Assembly: GCF_004010195.1 (NCBI RefSeq)
Contig: NC_057736.1
Span: 17,991,535 to 18,055,534, forward strand
Origin: Chiloscyllium plagiosum
Lineage: Eukaryota
Direction of reading: 5' to 3'
Length of the DNA stretch: 64,000 nt
This document shows, one piece after another, positions 50,061 to 62,925 of the stretch. The notes beneath the pieces were generated by a model. That model saw nothing but the letters and a program-made list of their open reading frames with translations. It was not told where the DNA came from and did not search any database. Every line of letters starts with the position of its first letter. Within the stretch, counting starts at the first letter, position 1. Both the position numbers and the translations under genes were made by a program.

Positions 50061-52865
50061 GTAAGACATACAGAAACTAATGGAAGTACTTAATAGTCAT
50101 TAGAGGGTGAAGGTTTGGTGAAAGCATTGAATCTAGTTCAAGGAAATGGTGATTATGGATTTTATAATCCTCTGTGCTTTCTAATGATTCGTTCTCCAAA
50201 TGAGGATATTGCGAGTAATAAATCATTTCCCCGTAAATTAGTTGGCCTTCACGTTTAGTGAAGGATTTCTGCGTCTTTCACTCAATCACAATGATTGAAT
50301 TAAGATACAGATGCAGATTGGGATGTTGTGAACGGCTTGGAGGATAATGATATTCCACCCACTGCCCTTATCCTTCCTGGTGGTAGAAATCATGGATTTT
50401 AGAGGTGCTCTTGAACAGGACTTGGAAAATTGCTGCAGTGAATCCTCTAGGACATGTATGGCAGTTATATTGTGCTGGTGATGGAGAAAATTGGTGTTTA
50501 TGGAAGTGAAAAGGGGTGCTGATTAAATGGGATGCTTTGCTCTGAATGTATTAAGCTCTTTGAGTATGGTCATAACTACACCTATTGAATCAAGACAGGT
50601 GGGGTATATTCCAGACATTCCTGGATTTTTCCTTGTTGGTGGTAGAGAGGTATGGGGAGTCACGAGCTAATTTACTCATCATTGAATATCCAACCTCGGC
50701 TCCTACACTTCCAGCAGTTCTTTTTTGTGAGAATTGCGCAATTTCCATGTTACAGATTAGTATTTAGATAACAGCTTTTGCAGAAGAAGAACTATCAGGG
50801 CATTCGAAGTGAGCAGGAGTAATTGTAAAAGATGGAGGATACAACTAAAGATTATCATCAAATAGGCCAATCTTAAGAATGCTTAAAGACAGGGTGAGTA
50901 ACTGTGGGTCAGTTCAGGGAGAGAGATGCAGACAGAAAGACCCAGGTGATTGAAAATCCAACAAGACTTGGAAGGTGCCTGGGAAGCTAACAAAATTTTG
51001 CAAGATATTATTTTGATATCAGCACAGTAACTTAAAATATCTTTGTCATGTGCTGGTTCTTGACTCACCACCCAAGCTTAAACATAACACATTATGTTTC
51101 AGAAATGAATTTTATGAAGTAAACCTTTACAGGCAAAAGAGAAACCTACCCATTCCAAAGGGCAATTGCAAGCTCATAGACCCAGTTGATGATCAAGGAG
51201 GTTAGGGCACTGACCAAATAGCTCATCTTGAATGGTGGTGTGCTGTCAGCTCGATGGAATAATTTATTACTTGAAGATAAAGACAGAGATGTTTATGTGG
51301 AAGCCAGTGCAGGTGAATAGAGTCATAAAGGTGTATAGCACGGAAACAGACCCAACTCATCCATGCTGACCAGATATCTTAAATTTATCTAGTCCCATTT
51401 GCCAGAATTTGGCCCATATCCCTTTAAAACCTTCCTATTCATATAACCATCCAGATCCCTTTTAAATGTTGAATTTGTACCTTCCTCCATCACTTCCACT
51501 GGCAGCTCATTTGTATTAAGATAAAACATTTTCCATCCAAAATTTAGTGTTCTCAGTGATGAGTTGGGAAATCCTTAGCTTTGAAGGCTGTCAGTGATGA
51601 TCAAACTAAATGATGTTGAAAGCGACAGCATGACCTGTTTGCATTAATTGCTTGTCATTTAACGCCGACTGTCGAACAGTTGTATCACACCAATTGTTCA
51701 ATTTAGTAAAGTTTGTTGTTTAAAGCCACTTGAGCCAAATCACATTGAAATTATTTTTGAAAGAATAACAAATTGTGACAGTAAATATGGAAAGAAACAA
51801 ACAAAGGGAAAACTGGAGAAACTCAACAGGTCTGGTAGCATCTGTGGAACAGAGTGAATGCTTCAGAGTCCAAAGTGACCCTTCTTCAGAATGTTCTGAA
51901 AATGTGTCTCCGTGTTTCTCCATTGTCTGTGTTTGCTTTAGCATCTGCAATGTCTTACTTTTCAAATAAACAATTTGCTTTCACATATATCCACAGGAAG
52001 GCAGAAGAAATGTAAAGGAGACGAAAAGCAATGGTGTTTCTTTAGTGACATTGTTAAAAAAAAAAGTGGCTTGTGTTAATTGTCACCAGTTCACACTACA
52101 GCTTTGTTGGCCATTATTTTCTGTTCCTATTTCTGATCCTGGATCATAGGATGAGGGAGGGTTAGGCAGACCTGAAACAGGAACAGGAACATTCTGTGGT
52201 TCCTACAGATGGAAGCTCATTAAATATATTTAATATTCCCTTTTTTCAAGCAATCAATAAAGATAGAAGCAAATTACTGCAGAGGCTGGAATCTGTACTG
52301 AAAACAAAAAATGCTGTAAATCACAGTGGGTCAGGCAGTATCCATGGAGAGAGAGCAAGCTAACGTTTTGAGTCTAGATGACTCTTCATCAGAGCAGACA
52401 CAATTTCAAAGAGGAGCATGGGAATTATTCTGGAAGTCCTGGTCAATATACATCCCTCAATAATTATTTGGTTATTATCACAATCCTGTTTGTGGAATCC
52501 TGTTCTATGCAACTCGATATACTACAATAGCGACTACACTTCTAGTGCTTCAAGGTTTGTGAAACAGTTTGGAATGCCTTAAAAATGTAAAAAAAAAAGT
52601 AGAGAAATGTAAATTTTGCATTATTTAATAATGGAAGAGTTGTGAAAACCACAGAGAAGTGAAGGAGAAAGGGAAATTAAGAGGATGAGTCACCTTCCAC
52701 TCTATATGTTCACCCTGTTCTCAGCATCTGCAAAAGGCATCTGTTTGTTTAACACTTGTTCATTTTTACCTTGATTCACTAATATGTTAACATCTAAATT
52801 CTTTGTTTCTTTTCTTTCTCCTTATCTTGCCTTCACTCCTCTTTCAATGACTGTGCTCCCACAAC

Positions 52866-53085
52866 TGTTGTGGGCAAAGTCTTAGAGAGAATTGTAAGGG
52901 ATAGGATTTATGAACATCTGGATAGGAATAATGTGATCAAGGATAGTCAGCATGGTTTTGTGAAGGGCAGGTCGTGCCTCACAAATCTTATTGAATTCTT
53001 TGAGAAGGTGACTAAGGAGGTAGACCAGGGTAAAGCGGTAGATGTGGTGTATATGGATATTAGTAAGGCGTTTGATAAGGTTCCC
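52866..53085 (+). mobile_element. Isolated internal CR1 RT fragment
   Basis: VGKVLERIVRDRIYEHL...QHGFVKGRSCLTNLIEFFE...VDVVYMDISKAFDKVP. Confidence 0.88.
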
Positions 53086-53600
53086 CTAGTTAGGGAAGGA
53101 AATCTGCCATCCTTCCCTAATCTGGCCACATGTGACTTCAGATTCTGAACAATGTGGTTGACACTTAACTGTCGGCCATGCATTTAGAATGGCATAGAAA
53201 TGCTGGCCAAGGTAGCAATGGCCACATTCCATCAACGAATAAAAAAAGTCTTCTGTGTTGATTCTCCCCTGGATCATGTATTTTTAAAAAAATGCCCCTA
53301 TAATTGACTTTTAGCAGATATTATCAAAAGCCTGTCCATGCATACTTTAAATAAAAGACTTCTTGACTTGTCCCACAGCAAGACTGAGGGAGGAAAATTA
53401 TCACCACATGTGTAACATCAGGTTAGTGGGGAACAAAGCAAAGAAAGGACCCTTTATTGATATGTGTTGGTCATCACATTTCCTTTACACACAACTACTC
53501 ACAAATGTTTGAAGGGCTCTTGTGGTGCAGGTATAGTGCCATGTGCTCCAAAGGCATATAATAACATCTCTGAACATATCGATTAAACAATAAATCAAGT

Positions 53601-53922
53601 AGGGGTTTAGATAGGGTTGACCATGAGAACCTTTTTCCACGTATGGAGTCAGCTATTACGAGGGGGCATAGCTTTAAATTAAGGGGTGGTAGGTATAGGA
53701 CAGATGTTAGGGGTAAATTCTTTACTCAGCGAGTTGTGAGTTCATGGAATGCCCTGCCAGTAGCAGTGGTGGACTCTCCCTCTTTATGGGCATTTAAACG
53801 GGCATTGGATAGGCATATGGAGGATAGTGGGCTAGTGTAGGTTAGTGTGGGCTTGGATCGGCGCAACATCGAGGGCCAAAGGGCTTGTACTGCGCTGTAT
53901 TTTTCTATGTTCTATGTTCTAA
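53601..53922 (+). mobile_element. LINE 3' end
   Basis: TRGHSFKLRGGRYRTDVRGKFFTQRVVSSWNALP; (ttctatg)n tail. Confidence 0.88.
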
Positions 53923-54522
53923 CAGTCTTAACAATTCAATCATATTCTCTTTATAGCTCATTACTGCCATTGTGGAAAAAGACACTTTACTCAAAAGAGG
54001 CTTGGCACTTGCTTATTCCTGAGTAATTAAACAGTGCTGCTCTCTGTTCTCCCTCAATCTTCACTATTCAAGTAGGTTTCCATATCAAAGTTCCATCATT
54101 GCCTCAGAAGTATTATAAGCAGTGGAGTAACAGGCCATTCACCCCCAACTACCAAATTCTTTTTTCTTTATTCATTCACCGATGAGGGTATCATTGGCGA
54201 GGCAGCATTTATTGCCCATCCCTAATTGCCGAGAGGGCAGTTAAGAGTCAATCACATTTCTATGGGTCTGGAGTCACGTAGGCCAGACCAGGTGAGGATG
54301 GCCAATTTCCTTCCCTAAAAGACAATAGTGAACTAGATGGGTTTTTCCGATAATCAACAATGGATTCATGGTCACCATTATATTTTTAAAAATTGAATTC
54401 AAAATTGAATCCAGATCTCCAGAACATTATCTGGGTGCCTGGGCTAACAGATCCTTGCCTCTCCCCCTAATTATACTGAAGTACTTATCTCCATCAGCTG
54501 TCCTCAGTCTTCTTTCTCCAAG

Positions 54523-54705
54523 ATGTGGAGGTGCCGGTGTTGGACTGGAGTGGACAAGGTCAGAAGTCAGGCAACTCCAGGTTGTGGCCTAACAGGTTTA
54601 TTTGAAATCACAAGTTTTTGGAGCGCCGTTCCTTCATCAGGGAACATGAGGTTGTGATTCCAAATAAATCTGTTGGACTGTACCTGGTGTCATCTGACTT
54701 CTGAC
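54523..54705. mobile_element. Short palindromic Penelope-derived element with 14-bp TSD
   Basis: TSD cttctttctccaag at 54509-54522 and 54706-54719; same family as 33917-34139. Confidence 0.8.
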
Positions 54706-55930
54706 CTTCTTTCTCCAAGGCACAGCCAGCCTGCCACTATTAAAGTCACTCCATCTGTTAGTTGCAGAGTAGCAGCAGCATTCTCACATAATAATCTCTC
54801 TCCCTGCACTTTCAGATTTAGTTGGTCTTCTCCAGTTCCTGGTCTATATGCTGGCCCTCAGCAACATTATTTGTAAGCCAAGGTTCAGTTTTCACACATA
54901 GTTCATAACTTCACTCAACGTAAGAACTGGTTGCGTGCTTGTGCAACATCACATCCTGAATGAACCATAACAACTTACTATCGAAAGGTCAATTCTATAT
55001 TTTCGAACTTCAGGATTTCCACAGTAGTCATCAATTCCATCTTATGATCAGGTAGAATCCAATGGTGTATAACCTTGATTTGACTTTCAGCCAAGCTTCA
55101 AACCACTTTAATTATCTCCCCATCATCTCCCTTTGCCCTTCTAATTTCTATATGTTTGTCACCTCCACACCTGAATTTTTCAAACTCTTCTCATTTGCCT
55201 TTGAAGGTTCCAATTCAGGCCACACCTCCATCTTATCCCATACTAAGTCCTGCTCTCCCAGTGTCTTCATCAATATCTATTGTCAGTTCTTTCTCCAAAG
55301 TGTATTGACTGCAAAATTCTCCTTCTCAATCATATTTCCCTTCAGGGTAATGCTCTAACTTATCACTGAAACCTCCTGCGACAGTAGGCACCAACTCACA
55401 CCTTGTACTGTTTGCACCCCTCATTTATCGTGTGTTAACAATCCACGGTAAAACCATCAGAATGGAGGTTACCTCTGTGGCTATGTCCTCGTGATGGTCA
55501 GTCTTGATGATCTTCTCAACTTACAGCAATGCTCCTCCAATTTTCACTAAAGAAGTGCATCAGTGCAACAAGTTTAGATCTTTCAGGAAGAATCTCTTCT
55601 CTCATATATTCCTTCTCATTCCACTCAACGGTCCCCGTACTTGGAAACAACCACAATAACAACAGCTTGTATTCATGTGGAGCCTTTAGCGTGGCAAGCC
55701 ATTCTATTGTAGTTCACAGGAATGTTATCAAAGAAAATTTGACACAGAGTCATGGAAGGAAATAATGGTTAGGTTGGAGACGGACATAAGGCTTTAAGGA
55801 GTGTCTAAGTGGAGGAAAGAGAGCTTAAAAAAAGAACCAAAAGCTTCAGTGAGGGAGGGGATTGAGGCCTGGACAGTTAAAAGGGATGGTCACCAATGCA
55901 TGATTACGAACAGGATTTTCAGATGCAGAC

Positions 55931-56045
55931 TATATATATAGTATATGAATAAATATATATATAGTGTATGAATGAATATATATATATATATACATATTAT
56001 ATATAAGTATTTAGAATATATATAAAATATGTATATTTATATTTG
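55931..56045. repeat. (TA)n-rich microsatellite
   Basis: tatatatata runs. Confidence 0.9.
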
Positions 56046-56194
56046 TTACCTGTCAGCAGCTATTCTCTCTTTATCCCATGGTAACAGCCTTTGACTATAA
56101 GGATTTCAATTATCTTGGCCAATTTTGAGTGGCTAATATTTTATGTTGATTGTGAGTCACATCTAAATTTTAATACAGAGACAAAAGTCCATAA

Positions 56195-56470
56195 TCATAG
56201 AGTGATGGATTCATACAGTACAGAAACAGACCCTTTGGTCAAACCAGTCCATGCCGAACAAAATCCCAAACTAAGCTAGTCCCACCTGCCTGCTCCTGGC
56301 CCATATTCCTCCAAACCTTTCCTATGCACATATCTATCCAAATGTCTTTTAAATATTGTAATTGTTAGCATCTGCTACTTCCTCAGGAAGTTCATTTCAC
56401 ACATGAATCACTGTCTGTGTAAAATATTTGCCTTATGTCTTTTTAAAATCTCTCTCCTCTCAGCTTTAAA
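56195..56470 (-). mobile_element. CR1 LINE 3' end
   Basis: Homologous to the reverse complement of about 7000-7260. Confidence 0.75.
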
Positions 56471-56584
56471 ATGGATTAACAATAACAGAACTGTGTTTTA
56501 TTAAGAAAAGATTGTTTGTGCCTTTCGCTTGATTACAATTTTGAAATTATACAAATATATGATCTTGTTTGTTCTCTCTTTCAG

Positions 56585-56923
56585 AAAACACTACATCCAC
56601 CTGTTCAGTGAGAGTAGGATACCCCAGAGCTAAGTTAAACTGTAGTGTTGGAGACAGTCTAACACTGAATTGTACAGTTCTGTTCTGCCCTCAAGATCTT
56701 CTTGTGACTTACTGGTGTAAGATACTTATGAACACCTGTCAGCGACTGAATAGTTCAAAGAATCAGCAGCTCAATTCACATTCTTCTGAAAACACTGAAA
56801 GAATGTTACTAGTGGTTTTCACAGTCCCTTCTGTTACCTTGGCCGACAGTGGCAGATATTCCTGTCATGCTCAACAAAATGGTGTGGAATCACAGGGACA
56901 CTCGATTATTGTGAACGTATTTG
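56585..56923 (+). CDS. BTLA-like gene B, Ig domain 1 exon
   Basis: ctctctttcag|AA...TTTG|GTAAGG, 339 nt, phase 1-1; TC...VGDSLTLNCTVLFC...YWCK....TC...DSGRYSC...GHSIIVNV (BTLA Cys pattern). Confidence 0.92.
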
Positions 56924-57416
56924 GTAAGGATTGCTTTCTGTATAGACATACCCGTTTAGTTCTGTGAACATTGTGTTGATCAAGGTATGGCAGTTAGCAC
57001 AGTAATCTCATTTCAGGAAACTAGTACCAGCATAAAATGTTTTCAGGTCAGGTACAAAATAAAGCTCCTTTACATACCCCAGTTAAGCACTCTGACACCA
57101 CATAGTGGTAATTCATTCATGATGTACATGTAAGCAACAGGTCAATGCAAGACTATTAGATCAGGGCGAAACCAAAGGATATTACAAGACCAATGGGTCA
57201 CTCACATCACACAAATGAAATATTTAAATTTAGTTTGATCAGATTTTAAGTAAAACGTTGCATAATTTCTAACATGTTTATTTCATTATGGGATGTAGAT
57301 GTTGCTGTCAAGACTGGAATTAATTGTCCATTCCAAGTGATCCAGATGCAACTTCAGAGGGCAGTGAAAAATCCACACATTCTGCTAAGGGTAGAATTTC
57401 TCGTTGGGATTAAATG

Positions 57417-57890
57417 GAGTCATAGAGTCATACAGATGTACAGATGAAACAGACCCTTCAGTCCAATTCGTCCATGCTGACCAGATATCCCAACCCAATC
57501 TAGTCCCATCTGTCAGCACCCAGCCCATATCCCTCCACACCCTTCCAATTCATATAACCATCCAGATGCCTTTTAAATATTGCAATTGTACCAGCCTCCA
57601 CCACTTCCTCTGGCAGCTCATTCCACATACACACCACCATGAAAAAGTTGCCCCTTAGGTTCCTTTTATATCTTTCCCATCTCACCCTAAACCTATGAAC
57701 TCTAGTTCTGGAATTTGCCCACCCCAGGGAAAAGATTTGGCTATTTACCCTATCCATGCCCCTCATTATTTTATAAACCTCTATAAGGTCACTCCTCAAC
57801 CTCTGACACTATAGGGAAAACAGTCCCAACCTCTCCCTGTAGCTCAAATCCTCCAGCCCTGGCAACATCCTTGTAAATCTTTTCTGGACA
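57417..57890 (-). mobile_element. CR1 LINE 3' part
   Basis: gagtcatagagtcat tail; DLIEVYKIMRGMDRVN...WNELPEEVV. Confidence 0.9.
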
Positions 57891-58663
57891 TTTTATCACA
57901 AGAACAACCCCTGCCCAACAGGTCCATTCTTGTACCTTTCTGCTCCACATGGTAGGTAAAAGACTTACTATCCAATTGAATGATGCTTGGTCATCAGCCA
58001 AATAACCTTTTCCCCCTGATTTTGGATATTTTTATATCAAATATTTAAAGAGGATTCTAAAAAAAAATGATCCTTTTGAATATCTCTATGATTTTCTCCA
58101 GGTTTCCACATAGCAGTATCATGGAAACTTATCAGTTCCTGCAGACTCCAGGCCAATTTTGGAGCCTGAACTATGGGACTTGGAGACATATTTAAGCCAG
58201 ATCAGATAAGGAGGTGATTTTTCCTGTCCTCAAGGATTTCACTAAAGCCGTTAAGTTTTTATGATCAATATTAATTTGTGTCTTTTACAGTTGTTTTACT
58301 TACAGTTGGATTCTTTTTAAAACCAGAATATAAATTCTCAAAAATCCAAAGAACTGTAGATGCTGGAAATCAGAAACTGCTGGAGAATTTCAGTAATATC
58401 TATGGAGAGAAAGTAAATTTAATGTTTTGGGTCTGGTGACCATTCTTTAGATTCTCCACAGATGCTACCCAGGCCGGCTGAGGTTTTCCAGCATTTTCTA
58501 ATATTTGTATAATTTCTCAAACTGCCATTGTGGGATTTGAACTTGATTTTCCAGAACTGGCTTTATAGATTATGAGTCTATAATGTAATATTACAACTAA
58601 GGCAAGTAATGAAATTATAGAAATATATATATAACAGAATGTCCTGATTGTTCTCTCTTTCAG

Positions 58664-59008
58664 AAAATACAAAAACTGCCTGCTCTCTCTCGATACTGCA
58701 CCAGAGGGCAGTTTTTAATTACAGTGTTGGAGATAGTCTAACCTTGAATTGTACAGTTCAGTTCTGTGTTAATGAAGTACAACTGCCTGAGGCTCACTGG
58801 TGTAAGATGTATGGAAATCTTTGTCAGCCAGTGACTGGAAGGACTCATTATCCAAACATAAGCTATTCTCTTCAGGACAGGGAAATGAAGATGTCAGTGA
58901 TACACACTGTTACTCATGTTGAGCTGAGTACAAGCGGCTTTTACCAGTGTCAAGCAACACAAGGAGCTGTAACCACAGTGGGCCAGCTTGTTCGTGTAAA
59001 TGTGACAG
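58664..59008 (+). CDS. BTLA-like gene B, Ig domain 2 exon
   Basis: ctctctttcag|AA...ACAG|GTAAAC, 345 nt, phase 1-1; AC...VGDSLTLNCTVQFC...HWCK....LC...SGFYQC...VRVNVT. Confidence 0.92.
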
Positions 59009-59329
59009 GTAAACATAGATTTTCTTTGTTTCACTTTATTGAGGTTACTTACATCATGATAGCATGGTCAAGCAGCCAACCGTTCCTCAAGTGACGTGCT
59101 GCTGCTAACCTTGACTTGCACAATGGGTTGACTTGCTATCTACAGCAGTTAGGGCCATTATCTGCCTCATTGCAAAGAGGGCCGAAGAATCCTCAATCAT
59201 CCAACCATAGAATATATTGGAAAATCTTGGAGAAATGACTGAGATAATCAGAGAATGCCTTTTTATAATTTGTTGTTGCGTTCAACCTAATCTAGTCTAC
59301 AATTTGATTTCTTTGAGTACGTTCAAATT

Positions 59330-59645
59330 GCGAAGGAGTTAGATTAAGTAGACATAGAATTATGCACAGAATTTTCCATTGTAGAGGACATAATTTAAAG
59401 GGACACGAGGGCAACTTTTTTACATTCAGGGTCATTTATATATGGAATGAATTCCCAGAAGAAGTGGTTGATGCAAGTACAGTTACAACATTTAAAAGAT
59501 ATTTGGGCAGGTAAATGATTAGGAAAGGTTTAGAAGGATATGGATCAAATGCAGCAAATGGGACTAGTTTTGTTTGGGAAATCTGGTCAGCATTGGTCAA
59601 GATGGAGTGAAGGGTCTGTTTCCCTGTTGTACGACTCTATGACTA
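59330..59645 (+). mobile_element. Degenerate CR1 3' end
   Basis: tggaatgaattcccagaagaagtggttgatgc...gactctatgact tail. Confidence 0.75.
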
Positions 59646-59838
59646 ATCACGAGAAATGTGACAAAACATGAAAGAATAAAAATGATCAGATATTTTAGAA
59701 AAACTCATAAATTTTCCCTTTAAGCCTTGAGTGGTGACTTCAGAATCACGCCTTTGAGTCGGAACTACCTTATTTCCATGGATTTGAGTTTCATTAAAAA
59801 CCCGACTCACTCAATTTACATTGCAGATAAAACAAAAC

Positions 59839-60138
59839 TGGGCAGCACGGTGGCAGCTGGGCAACACAGTGGCACAGTGGTTAGCACTGCTGCCTCACAG
59901 CGCCAGAGACCCGGGTTCAATTCCCGCCTCAGGCAACTGTCTGTATGGAGTTTGCACATTCTCCCCCTGTCTGTGTGGGTTTCCTCCGGGTGCTCCGGTT
60001 TCCTCCCACAATCCAAAAATGTGCAGGTTAGTGTTAGGTGTAGGGGAATGGGTCTGGGTGGGTTGCTCTTTGGAGGATCGGTGTGGACTTGTTGGGCCGA
60101 AGGGCCTGTTTCCACACTGTAAGTAATCTAATCTAATC
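59839..60138 (+). mobile_element. tRNA-derived SINE (HE1/V-SINE-like), near full length
   Basis: ggcacagtggttagcactgctgcctcacagcgccagagacccgggttcaattccc head (A and B boxes); (aatct)n tail. Confidence 0.92.
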
Positions 60139-62715
60139 AAAACTGCAACGCACTAACCGTTTGACCTGGCCATCAGGCAACTGCTTCCTCGGCAGAGTGT
60201 CCTTGCAGAGTGTTCTTCCACCTCCATTCCTTCAATCTCACCACAGCACATTGGCGAACAACAGTCCTCACTTGAACATCAACCCTGGTCTTGGACTAAC
60301 TAAATATCACCTCAGGCTTTCAACTACTTTAGACCAGATGGACACCCATCAACTGCATGCTTCTGCTTAGTCACTTTATGCACAGAGGCAGCCTCAGATC
60401 TTATGCATCAACACAGGATGCTTTAGTTCTAACGTGGATCTTATCACTCTTAACTTGTTTTCATCATGCTCATTTACTTTAGCATTTACCTGGAGCCCAT
60501 CAGTCTCTGGTTGGATAACATCGCTTGCTTAACACACAGGTTCTTGTGTGTTCAGCTACACGCTGTCACTCTCTGCTACTTCACTCTGAATTTATCACAG
60601 TGGGAGCACTGAACAGTCAGTCAGACAATGGGCAGACATGGCACGGGATGGCACCAGGCTTCATCAACACCAGAGCTGCCACACGCACCAGAAGCTTACA
60701 CTGCAAAGCCACTGCATGTTCTTCAAGTAAATACGAACGTGTGAAAGAAATACAGTGCTCGAGACGTCGCGGTTATGAGATTAGAAGTGAAAAATGGAAG
60801 ATTGCATGACCAAATACATCCTGGGCACTGTTCTTTTCTTTTGGAGGACTGTGCACAGTTGCAACTTCCAGGACTGAAGGTTAATGCTGCGAATTATATT
60901 GGCATGCCACTTGCTATGCAGGGACCCTTGGAGTGTGTGCACGGCAGAGAGAACCCTAATCCTGGGACATGACAGACTGGGCACCACATTTTAACTGCAC
61001 ATGCGAAAATTCAGTCCATTGTTTCAAGCTGTTGGTGCAGTCAAACATAAGACAGTCACTAAGAACTTATGTGTAATTTCTTTACCCATAATGTTTAAAA
61101 CATAGGAACAGCTCCCAAAAAGACAAGTTGAGATGAGTAGCATAGACACAGTTAGGGGAAAACTACATAAGCATACAGGATAGGAAGAGTAGAAGTGTAC
61201 AATGGTACAGTCAGATGAAATTGAGCCAAGGACACCCAAGTAGTTCACAAATGCCAGAATAGGTCAGTTTGCTTGATCAGCCTGGTTCTGTGGTGTAGAC
61301 CTGATATTCCAGAAACATTGTCAGATTTATCCCTGATGCCATGTGATGGCAGTGGACTTCTGCAAACTGCAAAAGACCTGTGATGATGACAGATCAACAA
61401 TAGCAATAGAGATCCATTAACAATGAAAAAGCAGTGTTTTATGGCATTATATCATTTGGAAGTCCAATAATGTTTGAATGCTGGTTAAACACTATGAGAT
61501 TGGCTCAGTTGATAAAATTCTTGACTCCGAGGAACAGGTGATGGTCCAAGCCAAACTAAAGCACTTTTAATTCATGCACAGGATGTAATATAGCTTTGTT
61601 GGAGGCACAGATGAAATATTAAACTGACAGTTATAATTCCAATTGATGTTATTACTGTTCAGCTCAAATCTCAGAATGAAACCTGGCTTGTTAGACCCTA
61701 ACTTTATTTTGTTTCAAACTATGGAGGTTAGGTACAGAACACATTTACAAGAGGCTGTCAGTGTGCTTTTAACACAGGAATAAAATTATTCTTAAACAAG
61801 AAATAATAAAATTATCCATGTTACACTAGAGAGAATGAAAGTCTAGAAAGATTTAATTATAGACATCAGAAAAAAGTTGATCTTCACACTACTTTTATCT
61901 CAACAATATGCTTTATTATGATCGATTGTCCCCAGCTCAGGTTAATAAGAAGTAAGTCCGATCCTGACAGGAATCTGGTTGGATAGATCATAACTTCTTT
62001 TTATTTTTGTGGCTGAAATGATCTTTTACTAAACATAAGCACTCAATGTTGCAGTTTTTAGTTTAACAATAAAAATGTTTATTAACAACAGAACTGAAGA
62101 TAAACAAAAAAAAAACCCTGTTCCTGTATTACACAGATTGAAAGGATTTTAAACAGATGATAAAAGTCGAGCACTGTTTATAGATTGAACAGAAACTTGG
62201 CTTTGTATCAGAATCAATGCATCCTGTATAGCTTCCAAACATTGTTACAACTCTAAGAACATCTAACGCTGTACTTCTCGCAAGACCCAGTCCAGCTCAT
62301 TCCCCACAGAGGGAGTGACTTTTTCTTTTTAATACTTTGATGGGCTTAAAATATTTAAAATTTCTACTCATCTGCTGGAACTCCAGATAACTTTTCTTAA
62401 TTATTAATATTATGCTCCTGACTTAACTTCTATTGCTATACTATTCCTGAAACAGCTTCAATTCTTTTGCTAGTTTGTTTTTAAAATCTTTAAAAAACTG
62501 ACTGCATTCCAACATCTCAATCTGGGATCAATCATAACTTCTCAATCTATGATAATCTCATTATGTTAAACTTCCTTTCTTAGGAATACTGCTGGCATCT
62601 TACTTCACTAAAAGACTTCTGAACACCTGATGTGTATCTCTCCCTAGGAACTCTAGGTAACTTCCTCTCTCTTGGAATCATGGGTATTGTAGTTTCAGAT
62701 ACTAATTATTGATTC

Positions 62716-62925
62716 CAAATAAAAACTAAAAGAACTGCAGAAGCTGTAAATCAGAAATAAAAACAGAAATTGTTGGAACAGCTCAGCAGGCCTGGTAGCA
62801 TCTGTAGGAAGAAATCAGAGTTAATAGTTCAGGTCCAGTTCTGAAGAAGACTCACTGGATCCGAAACTATAACTCCGATTTCTCTGCACAGATGCTGCCA
62901 AACCTGCTGTTCTTTTCCAACAATT
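62716..62925. mobile_element. Short fold-back Penelope-derived repeat with decayed hammerhead motif
   Basis: Inverted arms tggtagcatctgtaggaagaaatcagagtt / aactccgatttctctgcacagatgctgcca around ctgaagaag...ccgaaac; relatives at about 51790-51960, 52260-52395 and 58340-58500. Confidence 0.6.

Noticed and set aside
59865-59930. tRNA-like sequence with A and B boxes
   Set aside because: It is the head of a multi-copy SINE, not a tRNA gene.
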